Of a stretch of 64,000 nt of DNA, positions 47,148 through 56,777 are shown in pieces. The first letter of the stretch is position 1. Each line of letters starts with the position of its first letter. This DNA is from Deltaproteobacteria bacterium (GTDB lineage: Bacteria > Myxococcota_A > Polyangia > Fen-1088), in assembly GCA_033763315.1 (NCBI GenBank), contig JANRKS010000016.1, positions 128,001-192,000 on the forward strand, given 5' to 3'. Position numbers and translations under genes: made by a program. The notes below the pieces were generated by a model. It did no database searches. It was not told the DNA's origin and saw nothing but the letters and a program-made list of their open reading frames with translations.

Positions 47148-48086
47148 GTGAAGATCGAAGTTGCACCATACAAGGGTTGGTCGCGCGCGCTGCACATTAG
47201 CAATGGCGAAGTGGAACTGGTGATCACCTTGGAAGTGGGTCCACGCATTCTCCGTTACGCCTTTGTAGGTGGTCCCAACCTGCTTAAGGAAATCCCCGCG
47301 CAAATGGGCACCTCGGGGGAACCTGGGTGGGCGATGCGCGGGGGGCACCGGTTGTGGGCATCGCCCGAAGATCCTGCGTACACGTATTTTGCCGACAACC
47401 ACGCCGCGGTTTTTGGCACCGATGACGGCGGCGCCTGGGTCCGCAGCGCTGTGGATCCGAAATCGGGTTTGTCGTACGCGATGCGCGTCTCGCTTGATGC
47501 CTCGGGCAGCGGCGTTCGGATCGAGCACACGATCGCCAATGCTGGAAGCCACACGTTCAAGCTGGCCCCCTGGGCGCTCACGGTGTTTACCACGGGCGGA
47601 ACGGGGATCATTCCCTTGCCACCCTACGCGCCTCACCCCGGCGACGATGGCCGCAGCCCCGCTGATTTCGCGCCGCAAATGTCACTCATTTTGTGGCCGT
47701 ACTTCCGGTTTAACGACAAGCGCTTCACGTTCGGCGAAAACACGATCCGCATTGCCCAAGATCCACACGCCGCGGGTCCCGCAAAAATCGGCGCCCGATT
47801 GCCTGTGACATGGGCGGCCTATCACTTGAACGGCACGCTGTTTTGCAAGCGGTTCACGTTCGATGCAGACGCGACCTATCCCGATGGTGGTTGCAACTTT
47901 GAGTCGTACACAGACGCAGGTATTCTGGAGCTTGAGACGTTGTCGCCCCTACAAACGTTGGCACCCGGCCAAGTGGCGCAGCACACGGAAACATGGTCGT
48001 TGCACAAAGATGTGACGCTGCCTGCGAACGACGCTGACCTTGTGACAACCCTTGCCGCAATCGTGAGCGCCACCCCCGAACCTTGA
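47148..48086 (+). CDS. Conserved hypothetical protein, galactose-mutarotase-like fold (DUF4380-like)
   Basis: AAGGAG RBS with GTG start; VGPRILRY, GGHRLWASPE, YPDGGCNFE, LELETLSPL, HTETW. Confidence 0.7.
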   Translation: MKIEVAPYKGWSRALHISNGEVELVITLEVGPRILRYAFVGGPNLLKEIPAQMGTSGEPGWAMRGGHRLWASPEDPAYTYFADNHAAVFGTDDGGAWVRSAVDPKSGLSYAMRVSLDASGSGVRIEHTIANAGSHTFKLAPWALTVFTTGGTGIIPLPPYAPHPGDDGRSPADFAPQMSLILWPYFRFNDKRFTFGENTIRIAQDPHAAGPAKIGARLPVTWAAYHLNGTLFCKRFTFDADATYPDGGCNFESYTDAGILELETLSPLQTLAPGQVAQHTETWSLHKDVTLPANDADLVTTLAAIVSATPEP

Positions 48087-48283
48087 ATAAATACGGCAAA
48101 AACTGGCCATGAGCTGACCCTTTGCAAAGCGAATCTCACTCATGAAGGGAAAAGGCTTACCCGGTTTTGTCGAGAATTTGCGGTAAATAGCGCCGAAACA
48201 CCGTGTTTTTTTGCTTCCGTGGCGTGGGAATCAAGTAAAGTGGCCTCGATTTTTCCGTCTTTTCCCGCTGCAAAGGAGCCACG

Positions 48284-48598
48284 ATGGCCGCTACGACAAA
48301 AGGTCCGCTTTCTAAGTCCGCTTTGATTCAATCGATCGCCGACAAAACTGAACTCGCCCGCAAAGATGTCAAAGGCATTCTTGAGACGCTCGGGAGCGTG
48401 GGCCTGCAAGAGCTCAAGAAGAACGGTTTGTTTGTTGTTCCTGGCCTGGTTCGCATGCTGGTGCAAAAGAAGCCCGCCACCAAAGCTCGCAAAGGCGTGA
48501 ACCCTTTCACCGGCGAACCTGCCGTGTTCAAGGCGAAGCCCGCACGCAAGGTGATCAAGGCTCGCCCCGTCAAGGCTGCCAAAGACGCCATCGGCTAA
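48284..48598 (+). CDS. HU/IHF-family DNA-binding protein
   Basis: AAAGGAG RBS; KSALIQSIADKTEL, FVVPGL, KPATKARKGVNPFTGE...KAKPA. Confidence 0.95.
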   Translation: MAATTKGPLSKSALIQSIADKTELARKDVKGILETLGSVGLQELKKNGLFVVPGLVRMLVQKKPATKARKGVNPFTGEPAVFKAKPARKVIKARPVKAAKDAIG

Positions 48599-48636
48599 TC
48601 ACCACACACATCGCGAAGCGGCCGCGCTTGCTTCGC

Positions 48637-48681
48637 CAAAGGGGCCACGGGAACACAAATCCGCGTGGCCCTTTGTGTTTG
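48637..48681 (+). terminator. Rho-independent terminator after the HU gene
   Basis: AAAGGGGCCACG...CGTGGCCCTTTGTGTTT, preceded by a second hairpin GCGAAGC...GCTTCGC (48613-48636). Confidence 0.65.
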
Positions 48682-48707
48682 CAGCACCTTTAGGCCAAGA
48701 TCCAACA

Positions 48708-49460
48708 GTGGTGTCTCCTGCCATTTTGTGCGACGACTTGCAGAAGCGATTCGGTGACGTGATCGCTGTGGCAGGGTTGTCGTTCACCGTGGCCGCTGGC
48801 GAAATCTATGGCCTGCTCGGCCCCAACGGCGCCGGCAAAACCACCACCATGCGGGTGCTGGCGGGTTTGTTGTTGCCCACGGCGGGCGTGGTGACGGTTG
48901 ATGGCGTCAATGTGAGCGCGGATCCCGATCGCGCCAAGCAGAAGCTGGGCTTCTTAAGCGGTGGCGCCGGGCTTTATGCGCGCCTGCGCCCACGCGAGAT
49001 CTTGACCTACACCGGCCGCGTGTATGGCATGAGCCACGATGCGATTTCCGCACGAACCACGGCTTTGACTGAACAGTTAGACATGGCTTCGTTTCTTGAT
49101 CGCCGGGCCGAAACGTTATCCACGGGGCAAAAGCAGCGCGTGTCTTTGGCGCGCGCCGTGTTTCACGATCCGCCCGTGTTGATTCTGGATGAACCCACCT
49201 CGGGCCTTGATGTATTCGCAAGCCTGGGGCTGCGCGCGTTCGTCATGGCCGAGCGCCAACGTGGCAAAGGCATCGTGATCTCAACGCACTACTTGGCCGA
49301 AGCCGAACTTATCTGCGATCGCGTGGGGTTTGTGCACCAAGGCCGCATCGTCGAAGAAGGCACGCCCACGCAGCTCAGGGCGGCCACGGGTGCCAGCAGC
49401 TTGGAGCAAGCGTTCTTGGCGGTGGTCACCCGAAAGCCGGCGGCCCCGGAGACCGTGTGA
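48708..49460 (+). CDS. ABC transporter ATP-binding protein, NatA-like
   Basis: GPNGAGKTT, LSTGQKQ, ILDEPTSGLD, STH. Start placed at GTG 48708, downstream of the terminator. Confidence 0.92.
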   Translation: MVSPAILCDDLQKRFGDVIAVAGLSFTVAAGEIYGLLGPNGAGKTTTMRVLAGLLLPTAGVVTVDGVNVSADPDRAKQKLGFLSGGAGLYARLRPREILTYTGRVYGMSHDAISARTTALTEQLDMASFLDRRAETLSTGQKQRVSLARAVFHDPPVLILDEPTSGLDVFASLGLRAFVMAERQRGKGIVISTHYLAEAELICDRVGFVHQGRIVEEGTPTQLRAATGASSLEQAFLAVVTRKPAAPETV

Positions 49461-51376
49461 AGCGACGCCTGCAACACATCCTGTTGGTCTACGCCAAGGA
49501 ACTCAAAGAGACCTTGCGCGATCGCCGCACCTTGGCGGTGATGGTGCTGTTTCCGGTGGTGGTATATCCCTTGCTCTCGCTGGTGGTGGGGCAAGTGATT
49601 GTCGATCGCGAGAGCCGCTACGAAGAGCGGCCGATCAATGTGGGCGCCACACCCGGCTCAGCCGCCAGCACTGAACTGCAATCGCCCACAGCCAAGGCCG
49701 CGCTGAAACTGAACTACCGTGCGGACGCCAACCACACCGATGTGGCCACGCGCAAAATTGATCTGTTCGTTGAGCAGCACACGGGACGTACAGCACCACC
49801 GCAACCGCTGCGGTTGGTGTTCGACGGCAGCCGCGAAGAGTCGCTGCGCGCGCAAACCCGCGTGGGCGAATACTTGCGAGAGCGGCTGGTGCCTGGCAGC
49901 GAACATCAATACAAGGTCAGCGAGCAAGACATCGGCACGGCCGTATCACGCGGCGGGTACTTGCTTTCAAAGGTGGTGCCGTTGCTCGTGGTGTTGATGG
50001 TGATCTTGGGCGCGTTTTATCCGGCGATCGATTGCACAGCGGGCGAGCGTGAGCGTGGCACCTTGGAAACCACGTTGGTCATGCCAATCAAACGTGTGGA
50101 TCTGCTGGCCGGCAAAGTGCTTTCTGTGGCCACGTTGGCTTTGCTCACGGGCCTGCTTAATTTGGCATCGCTGTCGCTTACGTTCGTGCAATTGGCCCGC
50201 AGCGCGGATGTGTCTTCGCTGCCTTTGCCGTGGGCGCGTCTCGGGGCCGCTGCCTTGGTGTTGGTACCAGGCGCTATCATGTTCGGTGCTGTCATGTTGA
50301 TGGCGGCCACCGCGGCGAAAAGTTTCAAGGAGGCACAAAATTTCCTCACGCCGATCTACTTTGCGTTCTTCGGGCCAGCCGTGGCCGCCAGCTTGGGCGA
50401 GTTCCCGCTGACCATCGGCTGGGCCTTCGTTCCTGGTTTGAACATCACGCTGCTCACACGCGATTTGATCTTGGGCGAAGCTCGTCTTTTGCCAGCCGTG
50501 TGTTTTTTCATTTCCACTGCGGCTGTCACCGCGTTGGCCCTGGCCATCGCCGCGCGCTTGTTTGATTCCGAACGTCTGCTGGCCATCGCCACCCGCGAGG
50601 GCACAAAACGCAGCTGGCTACTCAAAGGCCCGGCCGGCGAGGCGTTGGGCGCGGGTGACGCCGCGGTTGCCTTCTCTTTGGCCGTGGTTGTGTTTTGGAT
50701 CTTCGCACCGCTTGCACAAAAGCACCTGCTGCTCGGCACGTTGGTTTCGCAGTGGGGCGGCATGTTCGCGTTCGCTGGCCTTTACGTGTGGCTGCGACGC
50801 TTGCCCCCTGCCCAAACGTTGGGCTACGAACGGCCTTTGAAACGATATTGGCTTGCGGCGGTTCTGCTTGGTGCCGGAGGCTGGCTAATCGTGGGACTGC
50901 TCACGCAATGGGTGGCGCCACCAGGCCCCGAAGTGACGACGTCCCTGCGAACAATGCTGAATTCACTGTCGCCGCCGCTGGCGCTGTTCTTGTTCGCTTT
51001 GACTCCCGCCGTGTGCGAGGAGGCGCTGTTTCGGGGTCTGCTTCTGCGCGCGCTTTTGAACCGATTTCCACCAGCGCTCGCCATCGTCACGGTGAGCTTG
51101 CTGTTCGGCATCTTTCATTTCAGTGCGGATCGCCTGCTGCCCACCGCCACGCTGGGCATCCTGTTGGCGCTTTTGGCGTGGCGCTCAGGCTCCCTGTGGC
51201 CGTCGATGCTTGTTCATGCCTTAAACAACGGCATCCTCACGCTGTTGGCGGCGACAGGCCAAGATGAAGCCTTTGAACGGCTTTCGGGGCCAGGGCAAAC
51301 GGCGGCGGTGGCCGGGGCGTGCGTGTGTGTGCTCGCAGGGTTAGCCCTGCTCTGGCGCCCCCGCCCTTTTGTATGA
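49457..51376 (+). CDS. NatB-like ABC permease fused to a CPBP (CAAX/Abi) intramembrane protease
   Basis: KELKETLRDRRT, AGERERGTLETTL, KSFKEAQ; C-terminal CEEALFRG, FGIFH, HALNN; GTGA overlap with the ATPase. Confidence 0.92.
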   Translation: MKRRLQHILLVYAKELKETLRDRRTLAVMVLFPVVVYPLLSLVVGQVIVDRESRYEERPINVGATPGSAASTELQSPTAKAALKLNYRADANHTDVATRKIDLFVEQHTGRTAPPQPLRLVFDGSREESLRAQTRVGEYLRERLVPGSEHQYKVSEQDIGTAVSRGGYLLSKVVPLLVVLMVILGAFYPAIDCTAGERERGTLETTLVMPIKRVDLLAGKVLSVATLALLTGLLNLASLSLTFVQLARSADVSSLPLPWARLGAAALVLVPGAIMFGAVMLMAATAAKSFKEAQNFLTPIYFAFFGPAVAASLGEFPLTIGWAFVPGLNITLLTRDLILGEARLLPAVCFFISTAAVTALALAIAARLFDSERLLAIATREGTKRSWLLKGPAGEALGAGDAAVAFSLAVVVFWIFAPLAQKHLLLGTLVSQWGGMFAFAGLYVWLRRLPPAQTLGYERPLKRYWLAAVLLGAGGWLIVGLLTQWVAPPGPEVTTSLRTMLNSLSPPLALFLFALTPAVCEEALFRGLLLRALLNRFPPALAIVTVSLLFGIFHFSADRLLPTATLGILLALLAWRSGSLWPSMLVHALNNGILTLLAATGQDEAFERLSGPGQTAAVAGACVCVLAGLALLWRPRPFV

Positions 51377-51426
51377 CACCTCACAAAGCCATTGTGTCCG
51401 GGTCAGCGTCGGTGTATGGAAATGTC

Positions 51427-52122
51427 ATGCTGAGCGCGGATCAGAAAAAGGTATTGGGATTGTTGCGGAAAGCGACTCTGCTCAGCGGCCTCACCACCGA
51501 GTCCTTCGAACGCCTCGCCACCACCAGCCGCGGCGAAACCTATCGGGCCCGGCAGGTGGTTTATCTGCCCGGTGATCGATCGTTCGGCGTTCACTTTTTG
51601 CTGTCAGGCCGCGTGAAAGTCTCGAAGGTAACCCGCGATGGGAAGGAGCTCACGCTGGCGTACCGCACCGCTGGCGACTTCTTTGGCGAGGCCTGTGTGT
51701 TGGACGGCAGCCCGCGCGAGGAGATGGTGGAAGCCATGGAAGCCACCCAAACGGTCGAGGTTGTGCGCGAAGAATTCGAGCGTTTGATGCAAGAAGCGCC
51801 TGATTTCACCCGCCGCCTGACCATGGCTTTGATGAACCGCCAGCGCGAACTGGAAGCCAAAGTCGAACAGCTCATTTTCAAAGATGTGGGCGCCAAGCTG
51901 GCCGAACTGCTCCTGCGCTTGGGCGAAGAGCACGGCGTGCCAGGCAAGCGGGGTCTATCGTTGACGGTAAAGATCACGCATCAGGAGATGGCAAACCTCA
52001 TCGGTTCCACGCGCGAAACCGTGTCGCTCACGTTGTCTCAGTTCAAGCGCAAGGGCCTAATCGAGACGGAGGGGCGCCGCGTGATCTTGGCGGATTCCGA
52101 AGCGCTCAAAGCCATGGCCTAG
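51427..52122 (+). CDS. Crp/Fnr-family transcriptional regulator
   Basis: GRVKVSK...GDFFGE cNMP-binding domain; ITHQEMANLIGSTRETVS HTH. Start ATG 51427. Confidence 0.93.
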   Translation: MLSADQKKVLGLLRKATLLSGLTTESFERLATTSRGETYRARQVVYLPGDRSFGVHFLLSGRVKVSKVTRDGKELTLAYRTAGDFFGEACVLDGSPREEMVEAMEATQTVEVVREEFERLMQEAPDFTRRLTMALMNRQRELEAKVEQLIFKDVGAKLAELLLRLGEEHGVPGKRGLSLTVKITHQEMANLIGSTRETVSLTLSQFKRKGLIETEGRRVILADSEALKAMA

Positions 52123-52159
52123 CGCCACGGCACCTCGATGCGCCTGGGCCGCCAAGCAA

Positions 52160-53482
52160 TTGACGCCCACAGCCCTAAAAAACTCAAGCGAAGCTTGCAT
52201 TCCTCCGATCCCCAAGCCGGAGCAGCGCTTGAGCACCCAAATACAAAAAAGAACGCGCATCATCAGCGTTGGCGGTGGAAAGGGCGGCGTCGGCAAAAGC
52301 ATCGTGTCGTGCAACATGGCCGTGGCCATGGCGCAGCTGGGACACAAAACCGTGCTTGCCGATTTGGATTTGGGGGCGGCCAACCAACATCTATTGCTGG
52401 GCATTGATCGCCCACTGCCGGGCATCGAAGCGTTGCTGTCGCGCACCGTGGACGACGCACGCACAGGCCTCACCCCCACAAAGATTCCGGGCCTAAGTTT
52501 GCTGGCTGGCACAGGCGCCGTGGTCGGCGCGGCGAACATCACGCACGGCCAAAAAGGCAAGATCATTCGGAAGCTGCGCGGCCTGGACGCCGACGTGGTG
52601 ATCATCGATTGCGGCGCGGGCGTGGGATACAACACGCTCGATTTCTTTGAGCTTGGCGCGCAGCGCCTGGTGGTCACCACGCCGCAAGTGACCGCCATCC
52701 ACGACGCGTATTCATTCTTGAAGGGCGCTGTGGTGCGCACGCTGCAACACCACGCCCAAAACGATCGCGAACGCAAACTGCTGCAAGAGGTGGAAGGCAG
52801 CGCCGAGGGCGAAAAGGTCATCGATTTGTTGACGCGCATTCGCCACACGAATCCTGGTTACGCAGAACGCATCGGCAAGGTGCTGGAAAATTTCGGTGCC
52901 CAGTTGGTGGGCAACCAAGTGACGAGCCCCAACCAAAACGGCATCTTCCACGCTGTATCGAAGATGATTCGCGACTACTTGGGCATCTCCGTGCCCATTG
53001 TTGGGTGGCTCAAAGATTCGAAAGAGATTGCCGACTCCGTAAACGATCGCTCTCCGTTGATTCTCAGCCGTGATGCCGAATACGGAAAAGCCCTGCGCAC
53101 GATGGCGGAAACCCTACTGGTCGAAGAGGTGCCCCTCGAAGAAGAGCTTCTGGAGCTCGATGAAGATCTCGATGAGGGAGCCGCCGGGGTAGAAGCTTCG
53201 ATGAGCCCCGACGCCTTACGCATCGACGGCAGCGACGACAGCGACGAATTCGATGACGGCCCCTTGCCGCCGAAAGCCGTGGGGCCCGCCGCAACAGAAG
53301 GTTACATGGGCAACGGCAAGGTGCGCGTGTACTTGCCCCCGCGCCGCAAAAAGCGCCCGCCCAAAAAAGCGCGCAACGACGACACCGGGGGCCGACGCCG
53401 CAGGCGCGTCACCTTGCCTGGCATGCCGCCTGAGCTTGTGCAGAAGGGGCCGCCACCTTTGCGCAAAGTGCAGTCGTCTTGA
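52160..53482 (+). CDS. MinD/ParA/FlhG-family P-loop ATPase with a charged, disordered C-terminal tail
   Basis: GGKGGVGKS, DLDLGAAN, IIDCGAG, VVTTP, DAYSFLK, VGNQ. Start may be TTG 52229, which follows GGAG. Confidence 0.9.
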   Translation: MTPTALKNSSEACIPPIPKPEQRLSTQIQKRTRIISVGGGKGGVGKSIVSCNMAVAMAQLGHKTVLADLDLGAANQHLLLGIDRPLPGIEALLSRTVDDARTGLTPTKIPGLSLLAGTGAVVGAANITHGQKGKIIRKLRGLDADVVIIDCGAGVGYNTLDFFELGAQRLVVTTPQVTAIHDAYSFLKGAVVRTLQHHAQNDRERKLLQEVEGSAEGEKVIDLLTRIRHTNPGYAERIGKVLENFGAQLVGNQVTSPNQNGIFHAVSKMIRDYLGISVPIVGWLKDSKEIADSVNDRSPLILSRDAEYGKALRTMAETLLVEEVPLEEELLELDEDLDEGAAGVEASMSPDALRIDGSDDSDEFDDGPLPPKAVGPAATEGYMGNGKVRVYLPPRRKKRPPKKARNDDTGGRRRRRVTLPGMPPELVQKGPPPLRKVQSS

Positions 53483-53519
53483 AGTAAGCCACACCACGCG
53501 TCACGGTGAAGCCACGTCG

Positions 53520-53957
53520 CTACGGCCTACAGTCGTCGCACAGCCCCTGCACCTGCACGACCACGTTATTGGTGGCCAGCGCTTTGGGCGAGCCGCGCAC
53601 TTTGCGCAGCGAGACGGCCCCCTCAGCCAAACACGTGACCGACCCGCAATCGGTACAAAGAAAGTGCGGGTGCTGTTCACGGTGTGATTTCACGCCATCG
53701 CCCCGCAACTCGAACCGCCACATGTGATCGCCTAGATCCGTTCGAGCCACAACGCCCACGTTGGCCAAGTCGTTCAGGTTTCGGAAAATCGTGGCGTGGT
53801 CAAAGCCGGACTCCTGCAGCTGCGCTGAAACCTCGGCGTGCGTCAGCGGTCGTTCAGCCTGGGCCAACGTGCGGTACACGGCGATGCGTGCGCCGGTGCT
53901 GCGCAGACCCAACGAGTGGAACAACGACTTGAGCGCCAGGGCGTCTTTGACAACCAT
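53520..53957 (-). CDS. Fur-family metal-responsive regulator (Zur/Fur-like)
   Basis: GLRSTGARIAV, PLTHAE, ATIFRNL, HPHFLCTDCG, GLCDDC. Start placed at ATG 53957 (track start 54107). Confidence 0.9.
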   Translation of the reverse strand: MVVKDALALKSLFHSLGLRSTGARIAVYRTLAQAERPLTHAEVSAQLQESGFDHATIFRNLNDLANVGVVARTDLGDHMWRFELRGDGVKSHREQHPHFLCTDCGSVTCLAEGAVSLRKVRGSPKALATNNVVVQVQGLCDDCRP

Positions 53958-53963
53958 CACACG

Positions 53964-54003
53964 ATGGTAGGCGCCGCGGCCGCAATTGCAACTGCAATGC
54001 GAT
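53964..54003 (-). promoter_or_regulatory. Candidate sigma-70 promoter of the Fur-family gene, overlapped by an imperfect TGCAA-N5-TTGCA-type palindrome
   Basis: Minus strand TTGCAA-N16-TACCAT-N6-ATG (leaderless geometry); ATTGCAACTGCAATGCGAT overlaps the -35. Confidence 0.45.
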
Positions 54004-54242
54004 AGCGATTCGTGGTCCCCTGGCCCGGAAGGCCCCCCAGCCAACTCCGTTACATGCCAGCCGCCTGAGGTTTTCAAATAAGAAACATGGTCTTCCGCGA
54101 CCAGCATCCAAACACGACCGCAAGGTTGTCCTTGCCCCGTGTGGCTGGTAAAGGGTTAACGGGCCCGATAACAGCAGCGGCAATGTTTCCAGGGCAGGCC
54201 CCGTGGCAACGGGCTGCTCCTTCCAACATCCAACCATTGTTG

Positions 54243-55517
54243 ATGAACCACTGCACCATCATCCCGCGCCATTTCACGGCTTTGTTACCAATGCTCGTCA
54301 TTGGTGGCAAACTTGCCGTCGCCGCGCCGCTGCCGCCACAGCCCGCGCCCCAGGAGTTTCCTCCTTTGTCGTGGGTGCTCGAAACAGCACGTAAACGCGC
54401 GCCCGACGTTGTTAGCCAGCAAGGCGCCCTGCGCGTCGCCGAGGCCACCATGGTAGGGGCGCGGTTGATTCAGCTCGGCAACCCTTACCTTGAAGTCTTT
54501 GCTGACCGGCGGTCTTCGGGAGGCGCGGGTCTCAATTTGCAAGCGAACTTGTGGCTGCCTCTGGATCTGTCGGGGCAACGCGGCCGGCGCGTGTCTGAGT
54601 CTGAAGCGCTCACGTCTTGGCAGCGCACCGGCTTGCAAGCCAGCGTCGCCATTGCCGAAGGAAAGGCCCTTGCCACCTATGGGGCGATCATGGTCGCGAT
54701 GGAGCGGGCGCGTTTCCTCTCCGCGCTCGTGCGGGCGGCCAAAGATGAAGCCTCTTATTACGAGGGCCGATTCGAGCACGGTGACGCCACTGTGCGGGAG
54801 GCCAAGTTGGCCGCGGTGGAAGTGGTGCGCAACACGGTGGCGCTTGAGGAAGTGCGGGCCGACCTCACCCGGGCGTTGACGGAACTGGCAACGCTTCTAG
54901 GCGTTCCGCGTTTGCCTGATCCGACCGGCGCCCTACAAAGCCCTCCCTCCCAAGTGTGGGCCGATGTTGAAGCCACCGCCGCCGAGCTGGCGGCAAAGTC
55001 ACCGGCGGTGCTCGCGGCCGCGCAAGAGGCTGATTACTTTCACGCAGTCAGGCGCCGCCAAGCCGTGGAGGCACACGCGCCCGTGAACTTTATCTTGTCG
55101 GCAGGCCGGGGCGAGATGGGCGACGCCCTCATCGGTGGCGGTCTATCGTGGACGTTCCCAGCGTTGCGACGCAACCAAGGTGAACAAGCACAAGCGACGG
55201 CCCAACAGAACCGCGCCCTGGCCGAACGGCAAGTCAACGAAGTGCGCACGTACGCCACTTTGCGCGGCATTGCTGAAGAGCACACCGAGGTGCAAAAGGC
55301 GCTGCACGACATCCAACAAAACGGTGAACCCGCAGCCCAAGCGGCGCTCGACGCCTCAATCGCCCTTCATCGCGCAGGCAAAGGTGATCTTTTGTTCATC
55401 CTGTCTGCGCGCCGCGACCTTGCCCTTATGAACGCCAGCGCGTTGCTGCTCGTCCTGCGCGAGTGGAACTTGCTTGCAGATTTTGTTGCTTTGACGGGAA
55501 AGACACCACAGCCATGA
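54243..55517 (+). CDS. czcC: Outer-membrane efflux protein, TolC/CzcC family
   Basis: NPYLEV, GQRGRR, RRNQGE and helical TolC repeats; first gene of an OMF-MFP-RND operon. Start uncertain (54243 or 54291; track start 54087). Confidence 0.8.
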   Translation: MNHCTIIPRHFTALLPMLVIGGKLAVAAPLPPQPAPQEFPPLSWVLETARKRAPDVVSQQGALRVAEATMVGARLIQLGNPYLEVFADRRSSGGAGLNLQANLWLPLDLSGQRGRRVSESEALTSWQRTGLQASVAIAEGKALATYGAIMVAMERARFLSALVRAAKDEASYYEGRFEHGDATVREAKLAAVEVVRNTVALEEVRADLTRALTELATLLGVPRLPDPTGALQSPPSQVWADVEATAAELAAKSPAVLAAAQEADYFHAVRRRQAVEAHAPVNFILSAGRGEMGDALIGGGLSWTFPALRRNQGEQAQATAQQNRALAERQVNEVRTYATLRGIAEEHTEVQKALHDIQQNGEPAAQAALDASIALHRAGKGDLLFILSARRDLALMNASALLLVLREWNLLADFVALTGKTPQP

Positions 55518-56770
55518 TCACAGGCGAACAAGTAAGCAACGGCAACGCCGGAGCACACAGCGGCGCATTAACCACAGGCCTCGACCACAAAACCGGTGGT
55601 GTCACCATGAAGTCACGTTCGCGAAAGGTATGGGCCATCGTCGGGGGCGCGAGCGTGCTGACACTCGTTTGCTTATGGGGGTTCGCGCGGCCATCGGGCT
55701 CCCCCACTAGCGAAGGGCCCGTGGCCGACACTGGCCGCGACGTGCCGCGCATCGAAGGCAAAGCCGTCGTGTTTTCCGAGGCCTTCGCTCAACGCGCGGG
55801 CATCAAGCTGGCACCCGTGAAGCAGGCCCCACTGACGCCCGTGGTGAAGGTGGTGGGGGCCGTGGACTTTAACCCCCGCCAGGTGGCCGCCGTGGGCGCG
55901 CGCATTCAAGGGTTCGTGCGACGTGTGCTGCGGTTGCCAGGCGATGTGGTTAAAGCCGGCGAGGCGTTGGCAGAGATTGAAAGCGCCACGTTAGGGCAAG
56001 CTCAAGCCGATTTATCGGCCACGGTGGCGCACAAACAAGCGGCGCACGCCAATGCCGAACGCGAAAACGCGCTGTTGAAGCAGGGCCTCACAACCGCACG
56101 CGAGGCAGAGGTGGCCAACGCCACATTGGCTTCCCATGAAGCGTCGCTCGAAGCGGCACGGCAACGGGTGGTGGCGCTGGGCGGCGCCAGTGCCGGGGGC
56201 TTTGGCACATACACATTACGTTCGCCTCTCAACGGCACCGTGGTTGAAAGCCACATCTCCGTCGGGCAATCAGTGGAGGCAAACCTCGTCGCGTTCCGTG
56301 TGGCGAACCTCGACGACCTGTGGATCGACCTGTCGGTGTTCGAACGATCGATCGGGGCGGTACGGGTGGGTGATTACGTTGAAGTCACGCCGATGGCGGA
56401 TGTGAAAAAGATCATCAAAGGCAAAGTGGCGCATGTCAGCGAGATCTTGGATATGACCACCCGCAGCGGCACAGTGCGCGTGCAAGTGGACAACCGCAAC
56501 CGCCTGTTGCGGCCGGGCCAATCGGTGGCGGCTTTGATCCACACCGCCACACCCACCCGGAAGTCGCTCTTGGTGCCCTTCGATGCCATCACATATGTGG
56601 ATGGCGCGCCCACTGTGTTCGTGGCTCACACCACCACCAAGGTAATGCCCACAGTCGTGCAGCTGGGAATGTCAGACGGCGAACAGCAAGAGGTTGTGTC
56701 GGGCCTCACCGAAGGCCAGCAGGTTGTGGTCGAAGGCGTGTTCGCGCTTAAGAGCGAATTGTTTCGCTGA
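55514..56770 (+). CDS. czcB: Efflux RND periplasmic adaptor, CzcB family
   Basis: ATGA overlap; GDVVKAGEALA, LRSPLNGTVV, LRPGQ, GLTEGQQVVVEGVFALKSE. Confidence 0.88.
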   Translation: MITGEQVSNGNAGAHSGALTTGLDHKTGGVTMKSRSRKVWAIVGGASVLTLVCLWGFARPSGSPTSEGPVADTGRDVPRIEGKAVVFSEAFAQRAGIKLAPVKQAPLTPVVKVVGAVDFNPRQVAAVGARIQGFVRRVLRLPGDVVKAGEALAEIESATLGQAQADLSATVAHKQAAHANAERENALLKQGLTTAREAEVANATLASHEASLEAARQRVVALGGASAGGFGTYTLRSPLNGTVVESHISVGQSVEANLVAFRVANLDDLWIDLSVFERSIGAVRVGDYVEVTPMADVKKIIKGKVAHVSEILDMTTRSGTVRVQVDNRNRLLRPGQSVAALIHTATPTRKSLLVPFDAITYVDGAPTVFVAHTTTKVMPTVVQLGMSDGEQQEVVSGLTEGQQVVVEGVFALKSELFR

Positions 56771-56777
56771 GCCCCTC

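Noticed and set aside
51427-52122. Calling the Crp/Fnr regulator mrpC
   Set aside because: Its HTH (ITHQEMANLIGSTRETVS) is generic Crp type rather than the MrpC pattern as I recall it, and there are no mrpA/mrpB neighbours.
53958-54107. His/Cys-rich N-terminal extension of the Fur protein (HCSCNC)
   Set aside because: It is the translation of the TGCAA-rich promoter/operator region; the Fur domain and a fitting -35/-10 point to a start at 53957.
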